64,000 nucleotides of DNA from an uncultured delta proteobacterium (lineage in GTDB: Bacteria; Desulfobacterota; Desulfobacteria; Desulfobacterales; SG8-13). Positions 18,666 to 28,950 of this stretch are shown in pieces. Under the pieces are notes generated by a model, which was given only the letters and a program-made list of their open reading frames with translations, had not been told where the DNA came from and searched no databases. Positions within the stretch are counted from its first letter, which is position 1. The number at the start of each line of letters is the position of its first letter. Position numbers and translations under genes: made by a program. Where the stretch lies: the NCBI GenBank assembly GCA_963792945.1, contig CAWBYM010000019.1, positions 66,158 through 130,157 of the forward strand, written 5' to 3'.

Positions 18666-21413
18666 TCACGATTCTTTCTCTATTTTCTTCTCTTTCAGTG
18701 CCGCGTGAGCAGCCGCCAGGCGAGCGATCGGTACCCGGAACGGCGAGCAGGACACATACGTCAGCCCGAGATCGTGGCACACTCGAATCGATTGAGGGTC
18801 TCCGCCGTGTTCTCCGCAGATGCCGCATTCGAGGTCGGCTTTGACACTGCGTCCTTTTTGCACGGCGATGGCCATCAGCTCACCGACACCGTCGCGGTCG
18901 ATCGTGGCGAACGGGTTGTCGGTCAGAATGCCCTTTTCCATATATTCGATCAGAAAACCGGCCTCTGCATCGTCCCGTGATATGCCGAAGGTGGTCTGGG
19001 TCAGATCGTTGGTGCCGAAAGAAAAGAATTCGGCTTGGCTGGCAATCTGGTCGGCCGTAAGGGCGGCGCGGGGAATCTCGATCATGGTGCCGAATTTGTA
19101 ATCGATGACCATGCCCTGTTCATCCATGACTTTGCGGGCTTCGGCCTCCAGGATTCCGCGCTGAATTTCGAGCTCTTTCACGTGGCTGGTGAGCGGGATC
19201 ATGACCTCCGGATGGACAGCGCCCCCTTCTTTGGCGACCTCACAGGCGGCTTCGAATATGGCCCGCACCTGCATGATGGTCAGTTCGGGAATGTGAATGC
19301 CGAGACGCACCCCGCGCAGTCCGAGCATCGGGTTGGCTTCCTGTAAGGATTCCACCCGTCGAAGGATCCTCTCCTTTGTTCGGACCTTCTGAATCAATTC
19401 ATCGATATCGCTCAGATTGGCGGCGTGCTTCAGCCGAATTTTCAAATCAGCCAAATCGCGCATCAGCTCGACATGGTTGGGAAGGAACTCGTGCAGGGGC
19501 GGATCGATCAGGCGGATAATCACCGGCAGGCCGTCCATGGCCCGGAACAGTCCGGCGAAATCTTCCCTTTGAAAAGGCAGCAAGGCTTCTAAAGCCTCAC
19601 TTTGATCGAGGCGCCGGTCGGACATGATCATTTTTTGCACGATCGGCAGCCGTTCCGCCTCGAAAAACATGTGTTCGGTGCGACACAATCCGATGCCCTC
19701 GGCGCCGTATTCGCGCGCCCGCGTGGCATCACGGGGATAGTCGGCATTGGCCCACACGCCCAGACGCCGGTATTCATCGGCCCAGGAAAGCAACTTCAGC
19801 AACCATGGGTCCTTGATATCGGGCACTGTCATCGCGACTTGTCCCAGATAGACTTCGCCAGATGAGCCGTCGACCGAAATCCAATCACCTTCCTGCACAA
19901 CGGTTTCTCCGACGCTCATCCGGCGTTTGGCGATATCGATGCTCAGGCTTGAGACGCCGACCACAGCCGGTTTGCCGAATTGGCGGGCCACGAGAGCGGC
20001 ATGGCTGGTTCGGCCGCCCCGGCTCGTGAGAATACCGCGCGCGGCCAACATGCCGTGAACATCATCCGGTTTGGTTTCCGGCCGCACCATGATCACCTGC
20101 TTGCCGCTTTTCTTGGACCAGGATTCGGCCAGATCGGCATCGAATGCCACCACCCCACAGGCGGCCCCGGGCGATACGTTGAGGCCTTTGGCCAACAAAA
20201 GCCCTTTGTTCCGGGCCGACCGGGTGGCTTCGATGTTGAACTGCGGGTGCAGGAAGAAATCGACCTGTTCCGGAGACACCCGCAGGACGGCTTCCTCCTT
20301 TGTGATCAACCCCTCCTCGACCATATCGACGGCAATGCGGACGGCGGCCTGGGCGGTGCGCTTCCCGTCGCGCGTCTGAAGCATCCAGAGTTTTCCGCGC
20401 TCGATCGTGAATTCAACATCCTGCATCTCGCGATAGTGGTGTTCGAGCTTTTGGGCGATCTCCTCGAATTCGGCATAGGCGGCAGGCATTTCGGATTTCA
20501 GTTCTGCGAGATCTTTGGTCAGACGGATACCGGCGACCACGTCCTCTCCCTGGGCATTGGTGAGGTAGTCGCCTTCGATGGTCTTCTCCCCGGTGGAACC
20601 GTCGCGGGTCATGGCCACCCCGGTGGCGCTGTCGGCGCCCATGTTGCCGAAGACCATGGTCACGATGCTGACCGCTGTTCCCAGATCGTGCGGAATACCG
20701 GCGGCTTTGCGGTAATCGATGGCCCGTTTCCCGTCCCAGCTTTTGAAAACCGCTTCGGTGGCCAGCTTCAACTGTTCGACGGGGTCAGTGGGGAATTCAT
20801 GATGGGTGTGGTGCCGGTAAATATCCTTGAACTTCCCGGTGATGACACGCCATTGATCGGCACTCAGTTCCGAGTCGGTCTTGACACCCGCTTCCCTGCG
20901 TGCGGCGGTGAGAACCTCTTCGTAGAAATCGTCGGGCACACCCATGACGACGCTACCGAACATCTGGATTAACCGCCGATAGGCATCGAAGGCGAATCTG
21001 TCGTCGCCGGTCAAAACGGCCATCCCCTTGACCGTGTCATCGTTCAAGCCGATGTTGAGAACGGTATCCATCATTCCGGGCATGGAGTACTTGGCTCCGG
21101 AACGGCAGGAAATCAATAGCGGGTTCTTCGGGTCGCCGAATTTTTTGCCTGTCGCGGCTTCAATGCTGGTCAACGCCTCGATTTCCTGTTCCCACATTCC
21201 GAGGGGCAAGGTTCCTCCGCCGGCAAGGTAGGCATTGCAGGCTTCGGTGGTAACAGTGAAGCCCGGTGGCACCGGTATCCCCAACCGCACCATTTCCGCC
21301 AGGTTGGCGCCTTTGCCGCCTAGCAAGGCGCGGACTTTTTCCCAGTTTCCACAGACATATTCTCGAACCTGATCGAGCTCATCGAAAAGATAAACCCATT
21401 TTTTTTCTGCCAT
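18666..21413 (-). CDS. ppdK: pyruvate, phosphate dikinase
   Basis: MAEKKWVYLFDELDQ...LLGGKGANLAEM ATP-grasp start, GGRTSHAALVARQFGKP phospho-histidine motif, and CGEHGGDP near the C-terminus. 915 aa from ATG 21413; the 980-aa track ORF is an upstream extension. Confidence 0.95.
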   Translation of the reverse strand: MAEKKWVYLFDELDQVREYVCGNWEKVRALLGGKGANLAEMVRLGIPVPPGFTVTTEACNAYLAGGGTLPLGMWEQEIEALTSIEAATGKKFGDPKNPLLISCRSGAKYSMPGMMDTVLNIGLNDDTVKGMAVLTGDDRFAFDAYRRLIQMFGSVVMGVPDDFYEEVLTAARREAGVKTDSELSADQWRVITGKFKDIYRHHTHHEFPTDPVEQLKLATEAVFKSWDGKRAIDYRKAAGIPHDLGTAVSIVTMVFGNMGADSATGVAMTRDGSTGEKTIEGDYLTNAQGEDVVAGIRLTKDLAELKSEMPAAYAEFEEIAQKLEHHYREMQDVEFTIERGKLWMLQTRDGKRTAQAAVRIAVDMVEEGLITKEEAVLRVSPEQVDFFLHPQFNIEATRSARNKGLLLAKGLNVSPGAACGVVAFDADLAESWSKKSGKQVIMVRPETKPDDVHGMLAARGILTSRGGRTSHAALVARQFGKPAVVGVSSLSIDIAKRRMSVGETVVQEGDWISVDGSSGEVYLGQVAMTVPDIKDPWLLKLLSWADEYRRLGVWANADYPRDATRAREYGAEGIGLCRTEHMFFEAERLPIVQKMIMSDRRLDQSEALEALLPFQREDFAGLFRAMDGLPVIIRLIDPPLHEFLPNHVELMRDLADLKIRLKHAANLSDIDELIQKVRTKERILRRVESLQEANPMLGLRGVRLGIHIPELTIMQVRAIFEAACEVAKEGGAVHPEVMIPLTSHVKELEIQRGILEAEARKVMDEQGMVIDYKFGTMIEIPRAALTADQIASQAEFFSFGTNDLTQTTFGISRDDAEAGFLIEYMEKGILTDNPFATIDRDGVGELMAIAVQKGRSVKADLECGICGEHGGDPQSIRVCHDLGLTYVSCSPFRVPIARLAAAHAALKEKKIEKES

Positions 21414-21675
21414 CCTTGACCTCCCCAGAAAATGGAATGAATTAGTGGTTGACGACGGATTGACGACCTCATTCGGTGTATACTTTCCTCTGCAGCCACT
21501 TCTTAAAGCGCCGGTAAAATGTTTGTCAAGACAGAGATGCAGAGTCAGTCGACAATTTCTTGACAACATAGGACCGATTTTCATAGGATACGGCCAGTTA
21601 CCCACCATTTAGACATACATTGCGGATGTGCGTCGCATTCCCGGTAAAAAGGACATCGCGGTGCCCCCTGCCGTG

Positions 21676-22944
21676 ATGACAGAGGAGACAGCCTTGGAAG
21701 ATGTGGTGATTGTATCGGCATGCCGCACCGCTATCGGCGCATTCGGCGGCACCCTGCGCGAGAGCAATGCCGCCCGAATCGCCAGTGTGACCATGGCTGA
21801 GGCCGTTGCGCGATCCGGCATCGATCCGGCCTTGATCGACGATATCCGCTACGGGTGCTGCATGGAGCCGACCGATGCGTTGAACGTCACCCGGGTCGGG
21901 GCGTTGCTGGCCGGCATTCCGGACACCGTTCCGGCCGTGACCATCAATCGGGTGTGTATATCCGGCATGGAAGCCGTCGTTTCCGGCATGGCCATGATTC
22001 AGGCCGGAATGGCCGACATCATTCTGGCCGGCGGCGTCGAGCACATGTCGGGCGTTTCTTACGAAGTCCCCTCAGCCCGGTGGGGATGCCGTTTGCAGGA
22101 CCAGGTGTTGGTCGATGCTATGATCCACGCTCTGCACTGCGGTTCTCACATCATTCCGCACCCGGAAGATGGGCCGGTGGATGCCGATAAGCCGCCGCTC
22201 AGCTACTTCAAGGGCAAACCCTACCTCATGGGCCATACGGCGGAGTTTCTAGCCCAGCACTTCGAAATCAGTCGCGAGGAAATGGATGAAGTCGCCCTGC
22301 GAAGTCAGAACAATGCCGAACGGTCGAACCGGGACGGCTCATTCGATGCCGAAATCGTTCCCATGCTTATTCCACAGCAGCGGGAAAGGGCGCTCGTTTT
22401 TTCCCGGGACGAGCATTTTCGGCCCGGTTTGACCATGGAGGATTTGAAAAAACTGCCGCCGGTCTTTGTCCCGGACATCGGGAAAGTCACCGTCGGCAAT
22501 GCCAGCGGCATCAACGACGGTTCGGCCGGAATGGTGATCATGGAACGTGCAAAAGCCGCGGAACTTAAAGTTCGCCCATTGGCCAGAATCAGGGCCGTGG
22601 GCAGAGGCGCCTGCCATCCGTCGATCATGGGGCTGTCTCCCGTGCCGGCCGTAAAAGATTTGCTCGCCAGGAGTGGCCTGAAAATCGATGACTTCGAGCT
22701 GATAGAAGTCAATGAGGCGTTTGCCTCCCAATACATTGCCGTCGAAAGGGAGCTGGGCCTGAATCGAGATATCACCAATGTCAACGGTTCCGGCATCGGT
22801 CTGGGCCATCCGGTAGGTGCGACCGGCGCCCGGATTTTAGTGACCCTGGTGCACGCGCTGCAGCAAAGGCGCAAAACCCTTGGACTGGCCACTTTGTGCG
22901 GTGGAGGTGGGGTCGCCATGGCCTGCGCCATTGAGATGCTTTAG
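21676..22944 (+). CDS. acetyl-CoA C-acetyltransferase (thiolase II)
   Basis: VVIVSACRTAIGAFGG, NRVCISGMEAV (active-site Cys), GNASGINDG, NVNGSGIGLGHPVGATG and LCGGGG. Confidence 0.9.
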   Translation: MTEETALEDVVIVSACRTAIGAFGGTLRESNAARIASVTMAEAVARSGIDPALIDDIRYGCCMEPTDALNVTRVGALLAGIPDTVPAVTINRVCISGMEAVVSGMAMIQAGMADIILAGGVEHMSGVSYEVPSARWGCRLQDQVLVDAMIHALHCGSHIIPHPEDGPVDADKPPLSYFKGKPYLMGHTAEFLAQHFEISREEMDEVALRSQNNAERSNRDGSFDAEIVPMLIPQQRERALVFSRDEHFRPGLTMEDLKKLPPVFVPDIGKVTVGNASGINDGSAGMVIMERAKAAELKVRPLARIRAVGRGACHPSIMGLSPVPAVKDLLARSGLKIDDFELIEVNEAFASQYIAVERELGLNRDITNVNGSGIGLGHPVGATGARILVTLVHALQQRRKTLGLATLCGGGGVAMACAIEML

Positions 22945-23084
22945 ACCGCCCGCGGCGGCCGACCAGGTTGGCGGGCGGTTCGGTCGGCTGGACCTGCCGG
23001 GAGTGCCAACTGATGGAATGGACAAGTGAACTAACCGAATCAACCTCATAACAGGCCAGCAGGCCTAACCGATTGGGGGGGGAC

Positions 23085-24197
23085 ATGATCGTAGGAATAC
23101 TGAAGGAGATCAAGGCGGAAGAAAACCGGGTGTCCATGACGCCGGCCGGTGTGGAAGTGATGAAGCAGCACGGCCACACCGTCCTAGTAGAAAAAGATGC
23201 CGGGATCGGCAGTGGATTCAACAATACCGATTACCGCAGCGCCGGAGCCAAAATCGTGAAATCGCCCCAGGAAGTGTTTGCCAAATCGGAGATGGTCATG
23301 CATGTCAAAGAGCCGCTGCCGCCGGAGTACGATTTGATTCGCGAAGACCAGATCGTCTTCACCTACCTGCATCTGGCGGCTGTAAAGGAACTGACCCGGG
23401 TGCTGATGAAACGCCGCAGCATCAACATTGCCTACGAAACCATTCAAAAGGCCGATGGCTCACTGCCTCTTCTGACTCCCATGAGCGAAGTCGCCGGTCG
23501 CATGGCGATTCAGCAGGGGGCGATGTATTTGGAAATGAGCAAAGGCGGCGCCGGAGTTCTTCTGGGTGGTGTTCCGGGTGTGGATCCGGGGACTGTCGTT
23601 ATCATCGGGGGCGGTGTCGTGGGCATCAATGCCGCCAAGATAGCCTGCGGTCTGGGGGCCCGGGTGTATATCCTCGACATGCGGCTCGACCGGTTGCGCT
23701 ATCTGAGCGATGTCATGCCCAGCAACTGTATTCCGCTGATGTCGAGCCCGGTCACTGTCCGCGAGCTGATACGGGAGGCCGATGTGGTCGTCGGAGCCGT
23801 ACTGATTCCCGGGGCCAAGGCACCCAAACTGATCACCCGCGACATGCTGAAAACCATGAAAAGAGGCTCGGTGCTGGTGGACGTGGCCATCGATCAGGGC
23901 GGTTGCTTCGAGACGTCGAAGCCGACCACACACGCCAATCCGACTTATGTCGTCGAAGGGGTGGTGCACTATTGCGTGGCCAACATGCCCGGTGCAGTGC
24001 CCAAAACCTCGACCATCGCCCTGACCAATGCCACGCTCCCTTACGCGGTGGAAATCGCCAACAAGGGTTGGAAAAATGCATTCGACAGCAATCCGGAAAT
24101 CAGGCTCGGTGCTAACGTCGTGCGGGGCAAGGTCACTTACAAGGGGGTTGCCGAGGCTTTCGGCATGAAATACGAGGCGGTGGAGGCGCTCATTTGA
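23085..24197 (+). CDS. ald: alanine dehydrogenase
   Basis: MIVGILKEIKAEENRVSMTPAGV..., VIIGGGVVGINAAKIA Rossmann motif, and HYCVANMPGAVP. A G8 run (23075-23082) forms the SD. Confidence 0.95.
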   Translation: MIVGILKEIKAEENRVSMTPAGVEVMKQHGHTVLVEKDAGIGSGFNNTDYRSAGAKIVKSPQEVFAKSEMVMHVKEPLPPEYDLIREDQIVFTYLHLAAVKELTRVLMKRRSINIAYETIQKADGSLPLLTPMSEVAGRMAIQQGAMYLEMSKGGAGVLLGGVPGVDPGTVVIIGGGVVGINAAKIACGLGARVYILDMRLDRLRYLSDVMPSNCIPLMSSPVTVRELIREADVVVGAVLIPGAKAPKLITRDMLKTMKRGSVLVDVAIDQGGCFETSKPTTHANPTYVVEGVVHYCVANMPGAVPKTSTIALTNATLPYAVEIANKGWKNAFDSNPEIRLGANVVRGKVTYKGVAEAFGMKYEAVEALI

Positions 24198-24269
24198 GCC
24201 GCGCCGCCCGATCAGCTATGGTGGCATAAAGGGCCTGATGCCGGACATGTCCAAAAAGAAACTCGAACC

Positions 24270-25436
24270 GTGACGGATTCTCCTCTCATCTGGGCTGAAA
24301 TCGATCTGTCGGCCATCGCTGCAAACGTGCGCGAATTACGGCGCATCACTCATCCGCAGGCTCGCCTATTGGTGGCCGTCAAGGCGAATGCGTACGGGCA
24401 TGGATTGGTGGAGGTCGCCCGCCGGTCGGTTGCGAGCGGCGCCGATGCGCTGGGAGTCGCCCGCCTGCCCGAAGCCCTTGCCCTGCGTCAGGCGGGTGTC
24501 GACGCGCCGATACTTGTTCTCGGGTACACGCCGCCCAATGGCGCCGACGCGCTGGTCCGCCACGGTCTGATCCAAACCGTTTATTCCGTAGACACCGCCA
24601 GGGGCTACGCCGAGCGCCTCGCCCGGACGGGGGGACGCCTCAGGGTTCACATGAAAGTCGACAGCGGCATGGGGCGATTGGGACTCCTGCCCGATGCCCG
24701 CCGGTACGCACCGCCGGGCGTGGATATCGCCGGAAACGCGGTGAAGGAAACCCTGGAGATTGCCCGCTTGAAGGGATTGGACCTGGAAGGGGTCTTTACG
24801 CATTTTGCCAGCGCCGACAGTGCCGACAAGACCTATGCTGAACAGCAGTTCGCTGTCTACCTGGATTTTCTCGACCACCTGAAAAATGCCGGACTCGAGA
24901 TCCCGGTCCGGCATGCCGCCAACAGCGGCGCCATCATCGATATGCCCCACACCCACCTGGACATGGTCCGCGCCGGTATTTCCCTCTACGGCCTGTATCC
25001 ATCCGAGGAGGTCGATCGAAGCAAGATCGCCCTTAAGCCTGCCCTGAGCCTCAAGGCCCGGATCATCCACCTGAAAGCGGTTGCGGCCGGTTTTCCCGTG
25101 AGCTACGGAATGACCCACACCACCGCGAAGCCCACCACCATCGCGACGGTTCCCGTGGGTTATGCCGATGGTTACAACCGCCGTCTATCCAACCGGGGCA
25201 GCATGCTGGTCAACGGGGTCCGGGCGCCGATCGTCGGCCGGGTCTGTATGGATCTGACCATGCTCGATGTCGGCCGCATTCCGGATGTCCAGCTCGAGGA
25301 CGAGGTAGTCGTGTTAGGCCGTCAGGGAAACGACGTCATTTCCGCCGGTGAGATCGCCGGCCTGCTCGGCACCATCAACTACGAGGTCACCTCCGCCATT
25401 ACCGCCCGCGTCCAGCGAGTTTACCTGAAAAAATAA
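24270..25436 (+). CDS. alr: alanine racemase
   Basis: VKANAYGHG PLP-lysine motif, GISLYGLYP, and RVCMDLTMLDV. GTG start. Confidence 0.9.
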   Translation: MTDSPLIWAEIDLSAIAANVRELRRITHPQARLLVAVKANAYGHGLVEVARRSVASGADALGVARLPEALALRQAGVDAPILVLGYTPPNGADALVRHGLIQTVYSVDTARGYAERLARTGGRLRVHMKVDSGMGRLGLLPDARRYAPPGVDIAGNAVKETLEIARLKGLDLEGVFTHFASADSADKTYAEQQFAVYLDFLDHLKNAGLEIPVRHAANSGAIIDMPHTHLDMVRAGISLYGLYPSEEVDRSKIALKPALSLKARIIHLKAVAAGFPVSYGMTHTTAKPTTIATVPVGYADGYNRRLSNRGSMLVNGVRAPIVGRVCMDLTMLDVGRIPDVQLEDEVVVLGRQGNDVISAGEIAGLLGTINYEVTSAITARVQRVYLKK

Positions 25437-25652
25437 GCACCCGCTCGATAGCTGGAGATTTGCGGCGATCGAACCCAGTGCCTCTGCGCTTGTAAAACAC
25501 TCTTGATCACGCCAATCGATAAAGCCTTACAGAAACCGGCTGAATAGTGAGAGAGAAAACTTGAAAAAGAGTATACTCAGCATTATCCCCAATTGGATTC
25601 TCTGAATAACGTTTTAAGTTTGTATCTCTTTACGGCCGAAGGTTTCGATAGA

Positions 25653-26600
25653 TCATCTACTGGCTTGAAGAAATGCTTCGATTCTCGGGTATAGTTCGGT
25701 AATATTCTCCGGCGAACACCAGACGATTTCCCTGTCGGCCCTGAACCAGGAGAGCTGACGTTTGGCAAAACGACGGGTGTCGCGTTTCATGGTGCGCACG
25801 GCCTCATCCCACAGCAGACGGCCTTGCAGAAAATCGACCATGTGCCGGTAGCCCAGTGACCGCATCGCCTTCGTCCCTCCATAGACGCCTTCTCCGAGAA
25901 GTGTCCTGACTTCATCCACCAGACCTGAGGCAATCATGGCATCGACCCGGCGGTTGATGCGTTCGTAGAGACGTTTGCGTTCCATGTCGAGACCGATTTT
26001 CAGGGTCCTGAAAGGGGACTCTCGGAACCCGTGGCGGCGGTGATATTCGCTGATCGGTTGACCCGTGGCGACAACCGTCTCCAGGGCCCGAATGATTCGG
26101 AAGGTGTCATTGACGTGAATACGTACAGCGGCTTCGGCATCGATGCCCATAAGGCGTCGATGCAAATCCGCAGAACCCAAGGCTTTGGCTTCCGCCCGGA
26201 GTTTTCTGCGGATAGACGGATCCGGCGGATCCGCCTGAAACAGGCCGTAGATCATCGCTTTGATATATAGGCCGGTACCGCCGGCGACCACCGGTAGCAC
26301 TCCGCGTTGGTGGAGTTCGTTAGCGATTTTGCGGGCCTCTAATGAATACCGGGCGGCATCGAAATCTTCCTCCGGATCGACGATGTCAACCAAATGGTGG
26401 GGAATAAGGGCCCGCTCCTGCGCGGTCGGTTTGGCGGTGCCTATGGTCATCGATCGGTAGACCTGCATCGAATCGGCATTGATGATTTCGCCGCCAAATG
26501 CCTTCGCCACAGCAATGGCGGCGGAGGTTTTACCGATACCGGTCGGTCCGCAAATGACGATGAGTTTCTGATTTTCCGGCGGGCCAATCAATCCGATCAC
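25653..26600 (-). CDS. miaA: tRNA dimethylallyltransferase
   Basis: ICGPTGIGKTSAAIAVA P-loop, INADSMQVYRSMTIGTAKP, and PVVAGGTGLYIKA. GTG start. Confidence 0.9.
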   Translation of the reverse strand: MIGLIGPPENQKLIVICGPTGIGKTSAAIAVAKAFGGEIINADSMQVYRSMTIGTAKPTAQERALIPHHLVDIVDPEEDFDAARYSLEARKIANELHQRGVLPVVAGGTGLYIKAMIYGLFQADPPDPSIRRKLRAEAKALGSADLHRRLMGIDAEAAVRIHVNDTFRIIRALETVVATGQPISEYHRRHGFRESPFRTLKIGLDMERKRLYERINRRVDAMIASGLVDEVRTLLGEGVYGGTKAMRSLGYRHMVDFLQGRLLWDEAVRTMKRDTRRFAKRQLSWFRADREIVWCSPENITELYPRIEAFLQASR

Positions 26601-26673
26601 CTCAATGAATTACATCTGTTTTTTAGTTTGCAGATTCGACGGAACCCATCTTGGTCGTGAAACCAATTCAATT

Positions 26674-26710
26674 AAAAGAAAAACCGGCACAGGAAAACAC
26701 GCTGTGCCGG
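26674..26710 (-). terminator. intrinsic terminator ending the tmc/response-regulator transcription unit
   Basis: On the minus strand, CCGGCACAG-cgtgttttc-CTGTGCCGG (9-bp GC-rich stem) is followed by TTTTTCTTTT, 32 nt after the receiver-gene stop. Confidence 0.6.
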
Positions 26711-26741
26711 TCAGCAAACGAGCGCCATTTGAACCACCCAG

Positions 26742-27091
26742 CTATCCGATCGTCTTCTTAATGATACCCAACAGTTTATTGGAATCGAAAGGTTTTGCCA
26801 GAAATGCCACTGCGTCCTTGATGGCGTGGTCACCGTCGATTCCTCGGATGCTGATGACGGGGGTTTCCCGCAAATCTTTGTCTTTACGAAGTTTGCGGTA
26901 AAAACGCGGTCCCCATTCGCCCGGTATCTAAAGATCGAGGGTGATCAGATCCGGCCGTTCTTTTCTCACCACTTATAGTCCCTCCGAAGTGCTGGAGGCA
27001 TTGCAGGTCGAACGCCATTGTCGTCCAAAAGGGTTTCGAGATATTTTACGACAACCAGATCGTCATCGATGATCAGGATTTTCCTTGCCAT
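26742..27091 (-). pseudogene. CheY-like response-regulator receiver domain, inactivated (1 frameshift + TAA + TAG)
   Basis: From ATG 27091: MARKILIIDDDLVVVKYLETLLDDNG, then a frame change near 27010-27013. The sequence continues STCNASSTSEGL-TAA(26973-26975)-VVRKERPDLITLDL-TAG(26928-26930)-IPGEWGPRFYRKLRKDKDLRETPVISIRGIDGDHAIKDAVAFLAKPFDSNKLLGIIKKTIG. The phospho-acceptor context LITLDL and the K in LAKPF are recognisable. Confidence 0.7.
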
Positions 27092-27124
27092 GTCAGATCT
27101 CTCCGGCAAAACAATATTCGGGAT

Positions 27125-27508
27125 TTAACCACGCACGTGACATTCACCGCACATGATCGGTCCTTTATTTTGCTGCAGATGACAGCCTTTGCAGTTGCTG
27201 TGAAAGGCTTTGGTCAGGTTCGGGGTGTTGCCCGAATTCTTGAAATCATGACATTCCGAGCATCTCTGATCTTCCGACGATTCATCATCCAGTTTTTTGC
27301 CTTCTTCGTAAATATGGTGACATTCGTTACACTCCTCAATTCCCGCCATCTCGTTGTGCTCTTCATGGTTGAACACGGAGGGTGTGCGCTGCGGGTTGCG
27401 ATACACGCTGTTGTCGACATGGGTCATGTCGTCTTGGGAATACGCCATCACGATGGCCAAGAGGGAAACGGTCAGGGCGGCGAGGAACAGTTGGGCGGTC
27501 TTGTACAT
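27125..27508 (-). CDS. tmcA: periplasmic tetrahaem cytochrome c3 (TmcA / type II c3-like)
   Basis: Signal peptide plus four CxxCH sites (CNECH, CSECH, CKGCH, CGECH) in about 100 mature residues. ATG 27508 has AAGGAG upstream. Confidence 0.8.
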   Translation of the reverse strand: MYKTAQLFLAALTVSLLAIVMAYSQDDMTHVDNSVYRNPQRTPSVFNHEEHNEMAGIEECNECHHIYEEGKKLDDESSEDQRCSECHDFKNSGNTPNLTKAFHSNCKGCHLQQNKGPIMCGECHVRG

Positions 27509-27525
27509 TTTCTTCTCCTTACCGT

Positions 27526-28884
27526 TCAAGCCTCCAAAGCTCCCGGCTTTTCCATGAGTTCGTAAATTAGATCGCCGAAAAACTTGATCTCAAGTCCGAT
27601 GCCGTAATGGTGAACGATGTCGTGCAGCCCGCTGTGGCAGTTGTGGCAGGGGGCGATCAGCACCTTGGCGCCGCGGGCCTTGGCGGCGAACAGCTGCTCG
27701 GCCTTGATGCGGTTGCCCTCGATACGTTTCATCTTGTATGGCGGGCCGCAGTTGATCACCCCCCCGCCGGCGCAACAGCAGTAGTTGTGCTCCCGGTTCG
27801 GGGTCATCTCGACCACTTTCTCGCAGACGGCATCGGCGACGTAGCGGGCCATTTCATGCAATCCGCCGCCCCGCACGACATTGCAGGGGTCATGTAGGGT
27901 TACCGGTTTGTCGTACTTTTTGGCAATTTTGATTTTGCCGTCTTTGAGCAGATCGAAATAGAACTCGATGGCATGCACGATGGGAATCGGCGGCATCCTC
28001 CACCCCAGCCAGCGATTACCCATGTCGTAGACCGACCGGAAGGCATGACCGCATTCGCCCATGACAATTTTCTTGACCTTGAGGCGGAATGCGGTTTCGA
28101 AGTGGGTGCGCTTGATTCGGCCCATCAGCTCATTGTCGCCGGAGAACATCGCCATGTCGCTGTTGTCCCACCCGATGGTGGCCGGCATGGTCCAGTTGAC
28201 CCCGGCCGCATCCATGATGACGGCTGCCTGGTAAATCAGCTGGGCCTGAAATTTGGGTTCAGGGGCGATGACGGAGTACATGATGTCGGCGCCTTCCTTT
28301 TCCAACGGGATCCTCAGGTTGGGGATCTCGGCCTGGGCCTCTTCTTCCTGCCACTGGAGCGTATCGGGCCATTCGTCTCCTTTGACCCACATCTGGTTCA
28401 TGTGGACCGAATGGCTGTGGGCGGTGTCCTGAAGATAGAGTGGTGTGGCGCCGAGGCGATGGATGATTCGTCGCACTACGCTGATGATGTAGGCGATATC
28501 GATGCCGAAGGGGCAATACTGGGCGCAGCGCTTGCACAGGTTGCACTCGGTGTGGGCGATCTCCGCCGCACGCTTTATGAAGTCAGCGTCGACCCGGCCC
28601 TTTCTTCTCAACATCTCCCACATGGTTTGTTTGACTTTGCCGACCGGGGCAAAGCGTGGATCACCGTCGTGGGAAAGATAATAGTGGCACGCCTCGGAGC
28701 AAAGACCGCAGTGGATGCAGGTCTCGACATAGGTCGCGAGCCGCGCGCCGGTTTCGCCCTTGATGACGCTGTTGATGACCTTCTCGATTTTTTCCGGCGT
28801 CAGTCGGGAGACACCGATTTCAATGCCGTCGTCGAGAGCCTTTTCTTTGCTCTTTTCCCCGATGGTTTCAGCGGGTTCAGCCAT
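27526..28884 (-). CDS. tmcB: cytoplasmic Fe-S protein of the HdrD/DsrK family with CCG domains (TmcB-like)
   Basis: Two ferredoxin-type motifs ([14 protein letters not shown]; [14 protein letters not shown]) and C-terminal Cys-rich CCG-type motifs ([11 protein letters not shown]; NYCCCAGGG; APCHNCH). Confidence 0.8.
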   Translation of the reverse strand: MAEPAETIGEKSKEKALDDGIEIGVSRLTPEKIEKVINSVIKGETGARLATYVETCIHCGLCSEACHYYLSHDGDPRFAPVGKVKQTMWEMLRRKGRVDADFIKRAAEIAHTECNLCKRCAQYCPFGIDIAYIISVVRRIIHRLGATPLYLQDTAHSHSVHMNQMWVKGDEWPDTLQWQEEEAQAEIPNLRIPLEKEGADIMYSVIAPEPKFQAQLIYQAAVIMDAAGVNWTMPATIGWDNSDMAMFSGDNELMGRIKRTHFETAFRLKVKKIVMGECGHAFRSVYDMGNRWLGWRMPPIPIVHAIEFYFDLLKDGKIKIAKKYDKPVTLHDPCNVVRGGGLHEMARYVADAVCEKVVEMTPNREHNYCCCAGGGVINCGPPYKMKRIEGNRIKAEQLFAAKARGAKVLIAPCHNCHSGLHDIVHHYGIGLEIKFFGDLIYELMEKPGALEA

Positions 28885-28950
28885 GATAACGATCTCCCGT
28901 TAGTTTAAAATAAGGTATCCGTTTCGTGGGTATCGACCACCGCCAGCGTC

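Noticed and set aside
19980-20972. 330-aa + strand ORF
   Set aside because: Antisense shadow of ppdK, with no motif content.
21414-21608. N-terminal extensions suggested by the ORF track (ppdK 980 aa; also pepD to 8440, rarD to 41503, amidinotransferase to 61469, thiolase from 21628, LOR/SDH from 54047, yjbQ from 38268)
   Set aside because: In each case an internal start codon with a good SD coincides with the conserved family N-terminus. The extensions have no homology-like content and often overlap neighbouring genes or promoters.
23075-23082. G8 run upstream of ald (also coding G8/C8 runs at 42912-42919 and 55803-55810) as phase-variation sites
   Set aside because: The ald run simply forms the SD. 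The other two runs encode Gly-rich motifs in frame within intact genes. Only the intergenic C10 tract seemed worth flagging.
26928-26975. Reading the TAG/TAA in the receiver gene as pyrrolysine or programmed read-through
   Set aside because: Two different stop codons plus a frameshift occur in one small gene. There is no pyl context in the window, and receiver domains are not known to be recoded. A pseudogene or sequence error is the simpler explanation.
27973-28908. 311-aa + strand ORF; likewise 29743..30912 (389 aa), 31354..32076 (240 aa), 32794..33417, 33487..34254 and 34780..35529
   Set aside because: All are antisense to strongly supported tmcB, tmcD, hdrA or Fe-S genes. Their compositions (G/D/R/V/H-rich, no motifs) are typical of shadow frames.
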